Positions 42,944 to 54,111 of a stretch of DNA of 64,000 nucleotides are shown here, one piece after another (positions within the stretch are counted from its first letter, which is position 1; every line of letters starts with the position of its first letter). Both the position numbers and the translations under genes were made by a program. The notes under the pieces are model-generated. The model had not been told where the DNA came from. It did not search any database and saw only the letters and a program-made list of their open reading frames with translations. Source of the DNA: Cyanophora paradoxa CCMP329 (Eukaryota; Plantae; Glaucophyta); assembly GCA_004431415.1 (NCBI GenBank), contig QPMI01000395.1:558001-622000 (forward strand), given 5' to 3'.

Positions 42944-45900
42944 CTACTCGACCATGGCGGAGGAGAGGGGGGTGAGGGATCCGAGCGAGGGCGCCGCGTC
43001 GGGCGAGGGCCGCGCCGACGCGGACGCGTGCGCTGCGATGTGCACCGCGTTGAAGCACGGCAGCCATTTCTGCGAGCGGAACCGTCAGAAGAGCTTAAAA
43101 GGAAGGAAGGGAGCTTCGCGGACCTTGACGAGCTCGTAGAGGACGGACTGGGAGAGGGCGCGGGCGGCGAGGGCGTCCCCCTCGAGCCCCGCGGCGGCGG
43201 CGGCGGCGGCGGGCTCGACGGGGTGCAGCACGGCGAGGGCGCCCACGACGGCGCCGTCGGCGTCGCGGCGGGGCGCGGCGTAGATCGCCACCTCGAGGCC
43301 CGGGCTGTGGCCGGCCCGCGTGCGCACGAAGCCGGCGAGCTCCAGGCCGGCGGGGGCCTCCGACGCCACGGAGAAGGCGGTGGGCGCCGGCGAGGCCGGC
43401 GCGAAGGTCGCCGGCGGCGTCGCGGCGCCGCTGGACTCCAGCGCCGAGTCGGGGCGCGCCGGCGTCCCCATCCCCGCCGGGCCCGACGAGGAGGAGGAGG
43501 CCGGCGCGTCGCGCACGAGCCGCTCGAAGAGGTCGCGGACGGCGGGCTGGCCCTGGAAGGCCCGGGCCAGCAGCGGGGCGCCCAGCATCTCGGAGCGGGG
43601 CAGGCCCGTCAGCTTGGAGGCCGCCAGGTTCCACTCGCTGATGAGGAGATCGCGGTCGACGGCGAGCAGCGGGAGGGGCATCGTCTCCACGAGGGCGTCC
43701 ACCTCCTGTTGGAACACGCCCAGCAGTTCCGCCCCCGCCTGCTCCACCTTGTCGTGCAGGCGCCGCAGCACGCCCTCGCGCCCCACCGCGCTGGGCGCCG
43801 GCGAGCCGGGCTCCGACCCCGAGGCCCCGAAGCCGCAGGCGGCGGCGTCGAGGACGGTCATGCGGAGGGCGCGGGCGCAGGTGAGGTCCCGCTGCGAGAA
43901 GGGCGCCGCCTTGCCCTTGACGAGCTGCGAGAACCGCTGGAACGAGGCGCGCGGGTTCAGGCTCCCGTTCTCCCCGTGCAAGATCGCGTCCTGGGGAGAG
44001 GGGCGTCAGGAGGGCGCGGGGCGGGGCGGCGGGGGGGCAGCCGGCGGCCGCCGCTGACCTGGAGGGGCCCGCCCCAGTTCTCCTCCTGGACCACCTCCGG
44101 CCGGAACCACAGCGCGTACTGCGGGCAGGGGGTGAGCGAGTGAGGGGCGGAGGGCGGAGGGAGGCTCGGGAGAGCCGCGGAGGGGGCGGATCGGATCGGG
44201 GCGCACGTCGCCCGGGGCGGAGGAGAGGGAGACGGCGAGGAGGCCGGAGGCGACGGTCCGAAGGTGGACCGCCCCCTCGAAGTGCTCCGAGAGGCAGTCC
44301 GTCACCCACACCTGCCGCGGTTCCCGTCAGGGCCCGATCTAATCTCAGATAAATCTAATCTCGGGCGCCCACCTCGTCGGTCATGTTGGTGTTGAGCCAC
44401 TCGACGAGGTCCTTGACGTCGACGGCAGAGGGCGTCCGTCCGAAGGCCGCGAGGCCGCGCGCCCGCGTGTAGACCGCCGCGCCCCCGCAGTCCAGCACGT
44501 CGAAGACCGTCGGCCGCCCCGCGTACAGCGCCTGGCGGAGGCGCAAAGAGAGTCAAGGTTGAGCTTGGGTCGGCTTGGATGATGACGGGCCCCTGGCACC
44601 TCGGGGAAGCAGGCGTGGGCGAGGAGCTGGTCGAGGAACTGGCCCTGGACCTCCTTGGCCCGCGCCACGTGCTGCCGCGCCTCCTGCTGCTCCTGCGCGG
44701 CGCAGGCGGGCGTTCCCCCGCATCAGATGGCCAGCTTTGGAGAGGAAGAGGGGCCAGCCGGGGCGGACCTTGCGGGCGAGGAGGGCGGAGAGGACGCGGG
44801 AGAGGAGGGCGCAGGCCTCGCGGTGCTCGAAGGAGAGGCGCTTGGGGGAGTAGGAGTAGCAGATGAAGAGGCCCCACAGCTTCTTGTCCTTGACGATCGC
44901 GTTCGAGATCGAGGCCGCCACGCCCATGTTCTTCAGGTACTGCGGGCGCACGTCAGACGAGAAGGGAGCCGGCGCGCTGCTGTTCTGCTTCGGCCGGAGC
45001 GGACCTGGGTGTGGCAGCGGGAGACGCAGCGGAGGACCGAGCGGCTCATGTCCAGCGGCCGCTCCGTGACGGGGCTCACCCCGGGATACACCTCCGCCGG
45101 CTCTGCGCGGGCCGGCGATCAGAGCCGAGCTCGGAGGACGGGCGAGCGGGTCCGTGCAGGGGCGCACTGGCGTAGGCGTCGGCGATGACGCGGACGCGGT
45201 TGAGGACGAAGAGGTTTCTCGCCACCGTCGGGATGTCCGTCGACGCTGCGCAGGGGGCAGAGAGGAGGGGTTGGCTGGGGCTGGGGCTGGGGCTGGGGCT
45301 GGGGCGGGGGCGGGGGCGGGCGGACGGAAGTTGAGGCCGAGGTAGGGCTCGAGGCCCTCGCGCCGCAGCACCTCCGCCAGCACCTTCCCGTGCCCTGCGG
45401 GGGGGGCTCAGGGGGAGGGGGGGGGTGAAGGGAGGGGGGGGGGGTTGGGGCGCGCGCCCTCCGGGCCGAAGCGGTAGACCATCACGCGGTCGTACCCCGT
45501 GATCTGCGCGCGTGGGGGGCGTGAGGGGGAGGGGGGAGGGAGCCGCGGGGGGTACGGGGCGGGGCGCACGTCGGAGACCTCCTGGGCGAGGATCTGGCAG
45601 AGCTCCTGCGCGGGGGAGGCGGGCGCGCGCTCGAAGCTTAAGCGAGCTTCCAAGCCGAGAGCTAAGCTAAGAGCTAGCTTAAATAAGCTAATAAGCTTAT
45701 AAGCTTATATAAGCTCCTAAGCTGGCGGGCGGGGCGGGCGGACCTCGACGCCGGAGGCGTTCTCGAGGTTCTCGAGGGCGGCGCGGATGCGCCCCGAGTC
45801 GGAGAAGGCCAGCGTCACGTCCCGGCTGCGAGGCGCGCGTCCCCGAGCCGAGTCAGGCCAAGCAGAGCTGGAGCTGGAGCTAGGAGGCGGCTGCCTCTTC

Positions 45901-47596
45901 TTCGGTGGCGCGTCTTAGAGATTACGGCTGAGCCAAAGCCAAAGCTCGAGCGCTCACGGCCGGGCGGCGGCGGGGGGGGGGGGGGGGGGGGGGGCACCTG
46001 AAGGGCTCGAGCTCGAGGACGAGGCAGGAGGAGGCGCGGTGGAGGGCGGCGTCCCACAGGAGCCGCACGCCCGTGTCCCGCCGCACCGTCGAGAGGAGGA
46101 CCGGCCCGGGCGTCCTCACCTCCCCGCCCTCCCCCACCGCCTGCAGCAGGGGACGTGAGCGAAGAAGAGGGGCGGCTCGAGGAGGGGGGCTTGCTTGCCT
46201 GCTGGACGGCGCGGCAGGACTCCTCGTCGAGGACGGCGGAGAGGGGCTGGTTGAGGAGCTGGTCGGCGGGGATGGCGAGCAGCGCCTCCACGTTGTTCGA
46301 CACCTGCGCGCGCGCCGCGGCCCTCAGGCTCTCCGCTTCGTGGTTTACGCGTGGAGCCAGGCACGGAGCGCGAGCGGAGCAGAGCCGGCGGCGCGGGCGG
46401 ACCTGGGCGATTGTCCAGTCCGTGTCGCGCACGGCAAAGAGGAGCCCGTAGTTCTGCACGGCTCCGATTGTCGCGATCGCCTCGTAGTGAACCTGCCGTC
46501 CGGTACCCGTCGGATCGAATTTGAGCCCGAATTTGATCCGGCCCGAGAATTTGATCTGCGCGCACCTGCCGCGCCGTGACGGCGTCGATGAAGGCGTCGG
46601 GGCGGCCGCCGTCCTCCGCAGCCTGCGGGCGGCCCCGGGCGCGTGAGCTCGAGCCGGGCGGCCGCCGGCAAGCGCTTTGGATTCCGCTCTGCGACGGGCC
46701 GCACCCGGCGCTTGCGCTTCGCGATGGCCGCATCCGTGTGGACGTGCTGCGCGAGGAAAGCGAGGCGATGCGTCAGCCGGGGCTGCGGGGCGAGCGTGCG
46801 AGCGAGCTGGGCGGGGAGAAGGGCGCACGGGATCCGTGAGGCTGGAGACGCGGAAGCGCTCGAGCTCGGCCATCATGGCGTCCTTCTCGCGCTGCAGGCG
46901 CGCGTTCTGCGGAGCGAATTCGAATCGGGGGTCAGCGCGGCGTCGTCGTCGCGGGGCGGCGGGGCGGGCCGCGCCTCGCCCTGGAGGTTGTTCTGCGAGA
47001 ACGATTGCGTTAGAACGACGTCTGTCCTGTACGAAGCTCAAGACGAGGCGCGTACGCACCACGTGCTCGATCGCATCGCCGAGGATGGAGGCCTTGTTGC
47101 CCTTCGAGGAGGCTGCTTCCGGCACGATGCGCCGCAGCTCCTCGATGCGCTCATTGATCAGGTCACGCCGGCGGCGCTCGATCTCGCTGTGCGAGCCCTT
47201 CTTCTTGCCCTCCTTGGGCGCGTCGCCTGCTGACGACGGCGTTCCGGAGCTGTCCGGCGAGCCCATGCTCATCGTCATTCCAAACGGTGAGGTCTGCATG
47301 TTCGGGAGGCCCAGCTGCTGAAGTCCCGCCTGGGCGAGCTTCTGGGCCGCGGCATTCGCGACCTGCGCGTACGAACGTCTCAATCCCCGGACGCGGCTGG
47401 TGTGCGGTCAGCTCGCCTGCTGGATGAGCGCTGCACTCTGATCCGACCCTAGAAAAGACTCCAACTGCGATGATCGATCAGCGACAGAGAGGGGAGCGAA
47501 GGACGCCGCAGGCCGCACAGCGAATTCGGGCTGTTGAGGCTGCGGTTGCCCTGCACGTCCTCCGCGCGCTCCCGAACCACGATCGTTACGCGGCAT
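42944..47596 (-). CDS. bHLH-zipper/phytochrome fusion protein: bHLH-ZIP, NLS, PAS-GAF-PHY, PAS; ~983 aa, 23 exons, no histidine kinase
   Basis: Manual exons: 47596-47519, 47464-47417, 47362-47060, 46992-46975, 46906-46829, 46746-46705, 46622-46566, 46492-46403, 46303-46199, 46140-45998, 45825-45744, 45605-45570, 45503-45458, 45394-45326, 45245-45168, 45102-45005, 44939-44769, 44692-44600, 44531-44373, 44311-44207, 44118-44059, 43990-43124, 43069-42944 (2952 nt, no internal stop). Motifs: SHSEIERRRRDLINERIEELRRIVP...NKASILGDAIEHV (bHLH); IGAVQNYG, HR..LVLELEP (PAS); TGYDRVMVYRF, EPYLGLNFPSTDIP, LRCVSRCHTQYLKNMGV, LWGL (GAF); WFRPE, WGG, PRASF (PHY); LVETMPLPLLAVD...WNLAASKLTG (PAS). Confidence 0.9.
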
Positions 47597-48052
47597 GCTG
47601 GATGTTTCAGCTGGTGACCTAAGAGCTTGACGTACGCGACGGAGGAGGTCCGGGTGTTCGCCTGGAACTTCGGTGACCTTATCCGCAGCGTCGCCCTCGA
47701 GATCGCTGGCGCTCCTACGATGGATGGCCTTCTCAGCTCTCCGGCTTCGCTCGCTGCCGCCCGGATGACTGCCTCTGGGTCGGGACGAGATCCTGCTTTT
47801 TCGATGGGGGTACCGTGGAGCGAAGCTGTCCGGCGGCGGCGCGTCCGGCTCTTGTTGAGCGCGAGCAGCTAGCTACAAGGCCTACGCGCACTTTAGGAGG
47901 ACGGCCCCGTTGCCCCGGCGCCCCGGTGAGCGGGATCGGCCCGGCCTTGACCTGAGCTGGACCAGCGCGTACGCGCGCCGCAGACGCTGATCGTGAGACG
48001 AGCAGTTCATGTCCTCCGCTTCTCACTGGCGCAGTGAGGACGGCGCTCCGCC

Positions 48053-49542
48053 ATGGCGGAGGGAGCTGGCGGGCCCGCGCTCGAGCATCCTTTGCGTCGC
48101 TATCTCCAGGGTGCGAGTTCGGGGCGTGCGGGGACTTGTATGCGTCCTTCTCGTCGATCGGTCGTGGGCGTGCGCAGGACGGACGCCGCGTCGCTGCAGG
48201 CATGCGCGGCACGTACGAGGACAGCGACGCGGAAGGGTCGGCGGACTCCGACGGCTCCCTGTGGCTCTGGGAGCTCCCCGCTGACCTCGAAGCGCTGTCC
48301 TGGTACGTTCACCTCGGCCCCGCTTCCTCTCTTCTCGTCCCCGCTTGAGCTTCAGGTCGCCCCGGCCCGGCCCAGGTCCGCCGCGGCGCCGCCGCCGGCG
48401 CCGCTGCAGGTGGAGAAGGCGCACTACGGCGAGGACGTGCGCTCGCTCTGCTTTGCGCCGGACGGCGAGCGCCTCGCGAGCGGCGGAGCCGACTGCCTCG
48501 TGCGGCTCCGCTGCGCGCGCTCGGGCCGCGAGGCCTCGGCCGTCGCCGGGCACTCCGATCCCGTCCTCTGCCTCGCCTTCTCCTTGGTCCGAATCCGCCC
48601 CGCTATATTCCTTCTTCCGCGGAGGTTTCGAGCTCCTCGCCCAGGACGGCCTGAGGCTCGCCTCGGGGGGGAACGGCGTGCGCCTCTGGGACCTCTCGAG
48701 CGGTACCCCGAGCTGCCTCGCCGTGTACCCCTCCGACGACCCCGTCCACGCCCTTGCCCTCCGACCGTCCCCCGCGGCCTCGGGGGAGGGGTACCGGCTC
48801 CTGGCGGGCGACGCTGGCGGCCGGCTACGGCTCCAGCTCTGGCTAGCCGCGGAGGGGAAGGGGGGTACGAAGCTCCTGGATGTCGCAGCCCACTCGGACA
48901 TCGTTTCGGGCGCCGCGTTCTCCGCGGTAAGCTCCGCGCTTCTTAAAGCTTCGCCTTGTACCCCTCCTCCGGATTCGATCCCGACGCCCCGGCGCGCAGG
49001 GTGGCGATCGCGTCATGTCCTCGGGTACGACGAGAGCGTCCGCGTGTGGGACGCCTCCACGGGGCGGAGGCGGCCCGGGTACAGGGGACTCCCGGAGGCG
49101 TCTGGTCCCTCGCCCTCTCGGAGGAGCGCGTACCCCCAGCCGCTTCGATTCCCCCCCGCCCCGACTCGAACCCGCGCAGGACGGGCGCCTCGCCCTGTGC
49201 GGGGGCGACGCGGCGGCTCTCGCCCTGCCCCTGGACTTGGAGGGAGACCCGGGCGGGCCTTCTTAGGGGAGGCGGTCCGGCTTCCCGGGCCGGCGCGGTG
49301 CGTGGCGCTCTCGGCGGACGGGCGGCTGGCGGCCACGGCGGGGCCGGCGGGCCCCGTAGCCCTCCACGGCCCCGGGAGGCCCGCAGCGGACCGAGCGACG
49401 CGGGAGGAGCGGGTGCGGGCGGCGCTGGCGGAGGCGGCCGGGGGCCGCCGGCCTGGAGCTCGAGGCGGCGCTGGCGACCCTCCCGAGGGCGGAGCTCGAG
49501 GCGCTCGCCGCGGCGGTCGCGCGCGAGCTCGCCCGTCGCTAG
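48053..49542 (+). CDS. WD40-repeat protein, copy 1 (frameshifted by 1-nt homopolymer deletions)
   Basis: VRSLCFAPDGERLASGGADCLVRL; GHSDPVLCLAFS|DGLRLASGGNGVRLWDL; AHSDIVSGAAFS..YDESVRVWDA. Several G runs are one base shorter than in copy 2. Confidence 0.7.
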
Positions 49543-49667
49543 GCGGCACCGTACGCGTTTGTAGGACGGCGTTACCGATTACAGAAGCCCGAGAAGCTCG
49601 CCCGGCGCTAGGTAGGCCTAGGGCGCAGTGGCTCTCGTGAGAGAGAGCGTCGCGTTACAGACGAAGG

Positions 49668-50377
49668 CTACAGCTCGGAGGGGGCGGCGGCCTCGGCGTC
49701 GCAGAGGTCGTCGGCAAACGCGTCGGCCAGGGCGGCGGCCGCGTCGGCGTCGCAGCTGGCGGCTCCCGCCGCCTCCGAAGGGAGCGCGTCCAGCGCCGCG
49801 GCGGAGAGCTCTACGCACGCCGTACCCTCCTCCTGCGCCGCGTCCGGGGGCGTCAGAGGCGGCGGGGCGGAGGGGTGTCAGAGGCGGAGGCGGCCCGGGG
49901 CCCGCACCTCCTCCGCCGCGGCCTGAATGTCGGAGTCGAGCCGCTGGGGCAGCAGAAGGTACTCTGCGCGCGCGGGGCTCGGCCGGGCGGTCGGGCGCGC
50001 GCCGGCGGGTTTGCAAAAGCGCCGGGGCGCACCGTTCGGCTGCAGCGAGCCGTCCGCGTTGCCTTCGGCGTCGATCTCTTTGAACTGCGGCGGCGTGAGC
50101 CCGCGGGCGGAGAAGGATGGGACGGGTTCGGCCGGCGCGCCGGCGTGCTCACATTCTCCATGTACTTGCTATCCTGGCCCGTGTTGGTGGTCGGGAGCCC
50201 GCGCTTGGTGCACTGGAAGTTCCGGTACTCCTCGAAAGACACGTCGCCGCTCTTGTCGACGTCCATGTGCTTGAACTCGGCATAGAACGGGCCTGCCGAC
50301 AAGACTCGTCAGAAACGGACCCAGCCGCGAAGCGCGGGTTCGGAGCGGCACTCACTGGAGCGAAGGTGGTACGACAT
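49668..50377 (-). CDS. Small EF-hand protein, copy 1 (5 exons)
   Basis: FKHMDVDKSGDVSFEEY is a canonical EF loop; a second degenerate loop reads FKEIDAEGNADGSLQPNEY. The gene splices in frame from ATG 50377 to TAG 49668. Confidence 0.8.
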
Positions 50378-50655
50378 GGCGCTCGTGGGATCCCGGCGTG
50401 CGCCGCCCGGTTGGATTTCGCTCAGCTAGCTAGAGGAGCGGGAGGGTGCCGGCGCCCGCGGCTGCTTCCACTGTCGGGTTGCCCTACGATCGGTAAACGG
50501 AAAGTCTGGTGGGAATTCGGGAGAGGCTGGCTCTCTGTAGCGGCGGTTAGCGTGCTCCGAGCACAGTACCCCCCGGGCCGGTCGACTTTGCGCGTTCTCG
50601 GCGGTGCCGCCACGCCAGGATGGTTCGTAGAGGCCATTTCCATCTATGCTAGGGT

Positions 50656-52032
50656 CTAAGAGCTCCCTCCGGCGGAGAGGGGCTGGTTGAGGAGCTGGTC
50701 GGCGGGGATGGCGAGCAGCGCCTCCACGTTGTTCGACACCTGCGCGCGCGCCGCGGCCCTCAGGCTCTCCGCTTCGTGGTTTACGCGTGGAGCCAGGCAC
50801 GGAGCGCGAGCGGAGCAGAGCCGGCGGCGCGGGCGGACCTGGGCGATTGTCCAGTCCGTGTCGCGCACGGCAAAGAGGAGCCCGTAGTTCTGCACGGCTC
50901 CGATTGTCGCGATCGCCTCGTAGTGAACCTGCCGTCCGGTACCCGTCGGATCGAATTTGAGCCCGAATTTGATCCGGCCCGAGAATTTGATCTGCGCGCA
51001 CCTGCCGCGCCGTGACGGCGTCGATGAAGGCGTCGGGGCGGCCGCCGTCCTCCGCAGCCTGCGGGCGGCCCCGGGCGCGTGAGCTCGAGCCGGGCGGCCG
51101 CCGGCAAGCGCTTTGGATTCCGCTCTGCGACGGGCCGCACCCGGCGCTTGCGCTTCGCGATGGCCGCATCCGTGTGGACGTGCTGCGCGAGGAAAGCGAG
51201 GCGATGCGTCAGCCGGGGCTGCGGGGCGAGCGTGCGAGCGAGCTGGGCGGGGAGAAGGGCGCACGGGATCCGTGAGGCTGGAGACGCGGAAGCGCTCGAG
51301 CTCGGCCATCATGGCGTCCTTCTCGCGCTGCAGGCGCGCGTTCTGCGGAGCGAATTCGAATCGGGGGTCAGCGCGGCGTCGTCGTCGCGGGGCGGCGGGG
51401 CGGGCCGCGCCTCGCCCTGGAGGTTGTTCTGCGAGAACGATTGCGTTAGAACGACGTCTGTCCTGTACGAAGCTCAAGACGAGGCGCGTACGCACCACGT
51501 GCTCGATCGCATCGCCGAGGATGGAGGCCTTGTTGCCCTTCGAGGAGGCTGCTTCCGGCACGATGCGCCGCAGCTCCTCGATGCGCTCATTGATCAGGTC
51601 ACGCCGGCGGCGCTCGATCTCGCTGTGCGAGCCCTTCTTCTTGCCCTCCTTGGGCGCGTCGCCTGCTGACGACGGCGTTCCGGAGCTGTCCGGCGAGCCC
51701 ATGCTCATCGTCATTCCAAACGGTGAGGTCTGCATGTTCGGGAGGCCCAGCTGCTGAAGTCCCGCCTGGGCGAGCTTCTGGGCCGCGGCATTCGCGACCT
51801 GCGCGTACGAACGTCTCAATCCCCGGACGCGGCTGGTGTGCGGTCAGCTCGCCTGCTGGATGAGCGCTGCACTCTGATCCGACCCTAGAAAAGACTCCAA
51901 CTGCGATGATCGATCAGCGACAGAGAGGGGAGCGAAGGACGCCGCAGGCCGCACAGCGAATTCGGGCTGTTGAGGCTGCGGTTGCCCTGCACGTCCTCCG
52001 CGCGCTCCCGAACCACGATCGTTACGCGGCAT
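50656..52032 (-). pseudogene. Truncated duplicate of the bHLH-phytochrome gene (bHLH-ZIP, NLS and half of the PAS domain, ~265 aa)
   Basis: Matches exons 1-9 (offset 4436) up to LLNQPLSA, then reads across the duplication junction as GGSS* (TAG at 50656-50658). Confidence 0.75.
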
Positions 52033-52489
52033 GCTGGATGTTTCAGCTGGTGACCTAAGAGCTTGACGTACGCGACGGAGGAGGTCCGGGTGTTCGCCTG
52101 GAACTTCGGTGACCTTATCCGCAGCGTCGCCCTCGAGATCGCTGGCGCTCCTACGATGGATGGCCTTCTCAGCTCTCCGGCTTCGCTCGCTGCCGCCCGG
52201 ATGACTGCCTCTGGGTCGGGACGAGATCCTGCTTTTTCGATGGGGGGTACCGTGGAGCGAAGCTGTCCGGCGGCGGCGCGTCCGGCTCTTGTTGAGCGCG
52301 AGCAGCTAGCTACAAGGCCTACGCGCACTTTAGGAGGACGGCCCCGTTGCCCCGGCGCCCCGGTGAGCGGGATCGGCCCGGCCTTGACCTGAGCTGGACC
52401 AGCGCGTACGCGCGCCGCAGACGCTGATCGTGAGACGAGCAGTTCATGTCCTCCGCTTCTCACTGGCGCAGTGAGGACGGCGCTCCGCC

Positions 52490-53986
52490 ATGGCGGAGGG
52501 AGCTGGCGGGCCCGCGCTCGAGCATCCTTTGCGTCGCTATCTCCAGGGTGCGAGTTCGGGGGCGTGCGGGGACTTGTATGCGTCCTTCTCGTCGATCGGT
52601 CGTGGGCGTGCGCAGGACGGACGCCGCGTCGCTGCAGGCATGCGCGGCACGTACGAGGACAGCGACGCGGAAGGGTCGGCGGACTCCGACGGCTCCCTGT
52701 GGCTCTGGGAGCTCCCCGCTGACCTCGAAGCGCTGTCCTGGTACGTTCACCTCGGCCCCGCTTCCTCTCTTCTCGTCCCCGCTTGAGCTTCAGGTCGCCC
52801 CGGCCCGGCCCAGGTCCGCCGCGGCGCCGCCGCCGGCGCCGCTGCAGGTGGAGAAGGCGCACTACGGCGAGGACGTGCGCTCGCTCTGCTTTGCGCCGGA
52901 CGGCGAGCGCCTCGCGAGCGGCGGAGCCGACTGCCTCGTGCGGCTCCGCTGCGCGCGCTCGGGCCGCGAGGCCTCGGCCGTCGCCGGGCACTCCGATCCC
53001 GTCCTCTGCCTCGCCTTCTCCTTGGTCCGAATCCGCCCCGCTATATTCCTTCTTCCGCGGAGGTTTCGAGCTCCTCGCCCAGGACGGCCTGAGGCTCGCC
53101 TCGGGGGGGAACGGCGTGCGCCTCTGGGACCTCTCGAGCGGTACCCCGAGCTGCCTCGCCGTGTACCCCTCCGACGACCCCGTCCACGCCCTTGCCCTCC
53201 GACCGTCCCCCGCGGCCTCGGGGGAGGGGTACCGGCTCCTGGCGGGCGACGCTGGCGGCCGGCTACGGCTCCAGCTCTGGCTAGCCGCGGAGGGGAAGGG
53301 GGGTACGAAGCTCCTGGATGTCGCAGCCCACTCGGACATCGTTTCGGGCGCCGCGTTCTCCGCGGTAAGCTCCGCGCTTCTTAAAGCTTCGCCTTGTACC
53401 CCTCCTCCGGATTCGATCCCGACGCCCCGGCGCGCAGGGTGGCGATCGCGTCATGTCCTCGGGGTACGACGAGAGCGTCCGCGTGTGGGACGCCTCCACG
53501 GGGGCGGAGGCGGCCCGGGTACAGGGGACTCCCGGAGGCGTCTGGTCCCTCGCCCTCTCGGAGGAGCGCGTACCCCCAGCCGCTTCGATTCCCCCCCCGC
53601 CCCGACTCGAACCCGCGCAGGACGGGCGCCTCGCCCTGTGCGGGGGCGACGCGGCGGCTCTCGCCCTGCCCCTGGACTTGGAGGGAGACCCGGGGCGGGC
53701 CTTCTTAGGGGAGGCGGTCCGGCTTCCCGGGCCGGCGCGGTGCGTGGCGCTCTCGGCGGACGGGCGGCTGGCGGCCACGGCGGGGCCGGCGGGCCCCGTA
53801 GCCCTCCACGGCCCCGGGAGGCCCGCAGCGGACCGAGCGACGCGGGAGGAGCGGGTGCGGGCGGCGCTGGCGGAGGCGGCCGGGGGGCCGCCGGGCCTGG
53901 AGCTCGAGGCGGCGCTGGCGACCCTCCCGAGGGCGGAGCTCGAGGCGCTCGCCGCGGCGGTCGCGCGCGAGCTCGCCCGTCGCTAG
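52490..53986 (+). CDS. WD40-repeat protein, copy 2 (apparently intact; start approximate)
   Basis: Same WD40 motifs as copy 1. The frame is continuous through MSSGYDESVRVWDASTGAEAARVQG...ARCVALSADGRLAATAG...ELARR*. Confidence 0.85.
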
Positions 53987-54111
53987 GCGGCACCGTACGC
54001 GTTTGTAGGACGGCGTTACCGATTACAGAAGCCCGAGAAGCTCGCCCGGCGCTAGGTAGGCCTAGGGCGCAGTGGCTCTCGTGAGAGAGAGCGTCGCGTT
54101 ACAGACGAAGG

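Noticed and set aside
42944-46492. Bacterial phytochrome contamination or a recent horizontal transfer
   Set aside because: The gene is heavily interrupted by host-style introns and has a eukaryote-type post-PHY PAS.
46500-46830. bHLH and phytochrome as two adjacent genes
   Set aside because: The interval is fully accounted for by two in-frame exons and three 73-82-nt canonical introns, with no stop and no room for a terminator and promoter. Transcript proof is still needed.
45815-47383. The 522-aa ORF as the real protein
   Set aside because: It reads through introns whose lengths happen to sum to multiples of three. The spliced model recovers continuous bHLH, zipper and PAS motifs.
48053-49542. 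WD40 gene as a COP1/SPA-like light-signalling partner
   Set aside because: It has only generic WD40 repeats with no RING or kinase-like domain. A head-to-head position in a compact genome is weak evidence.
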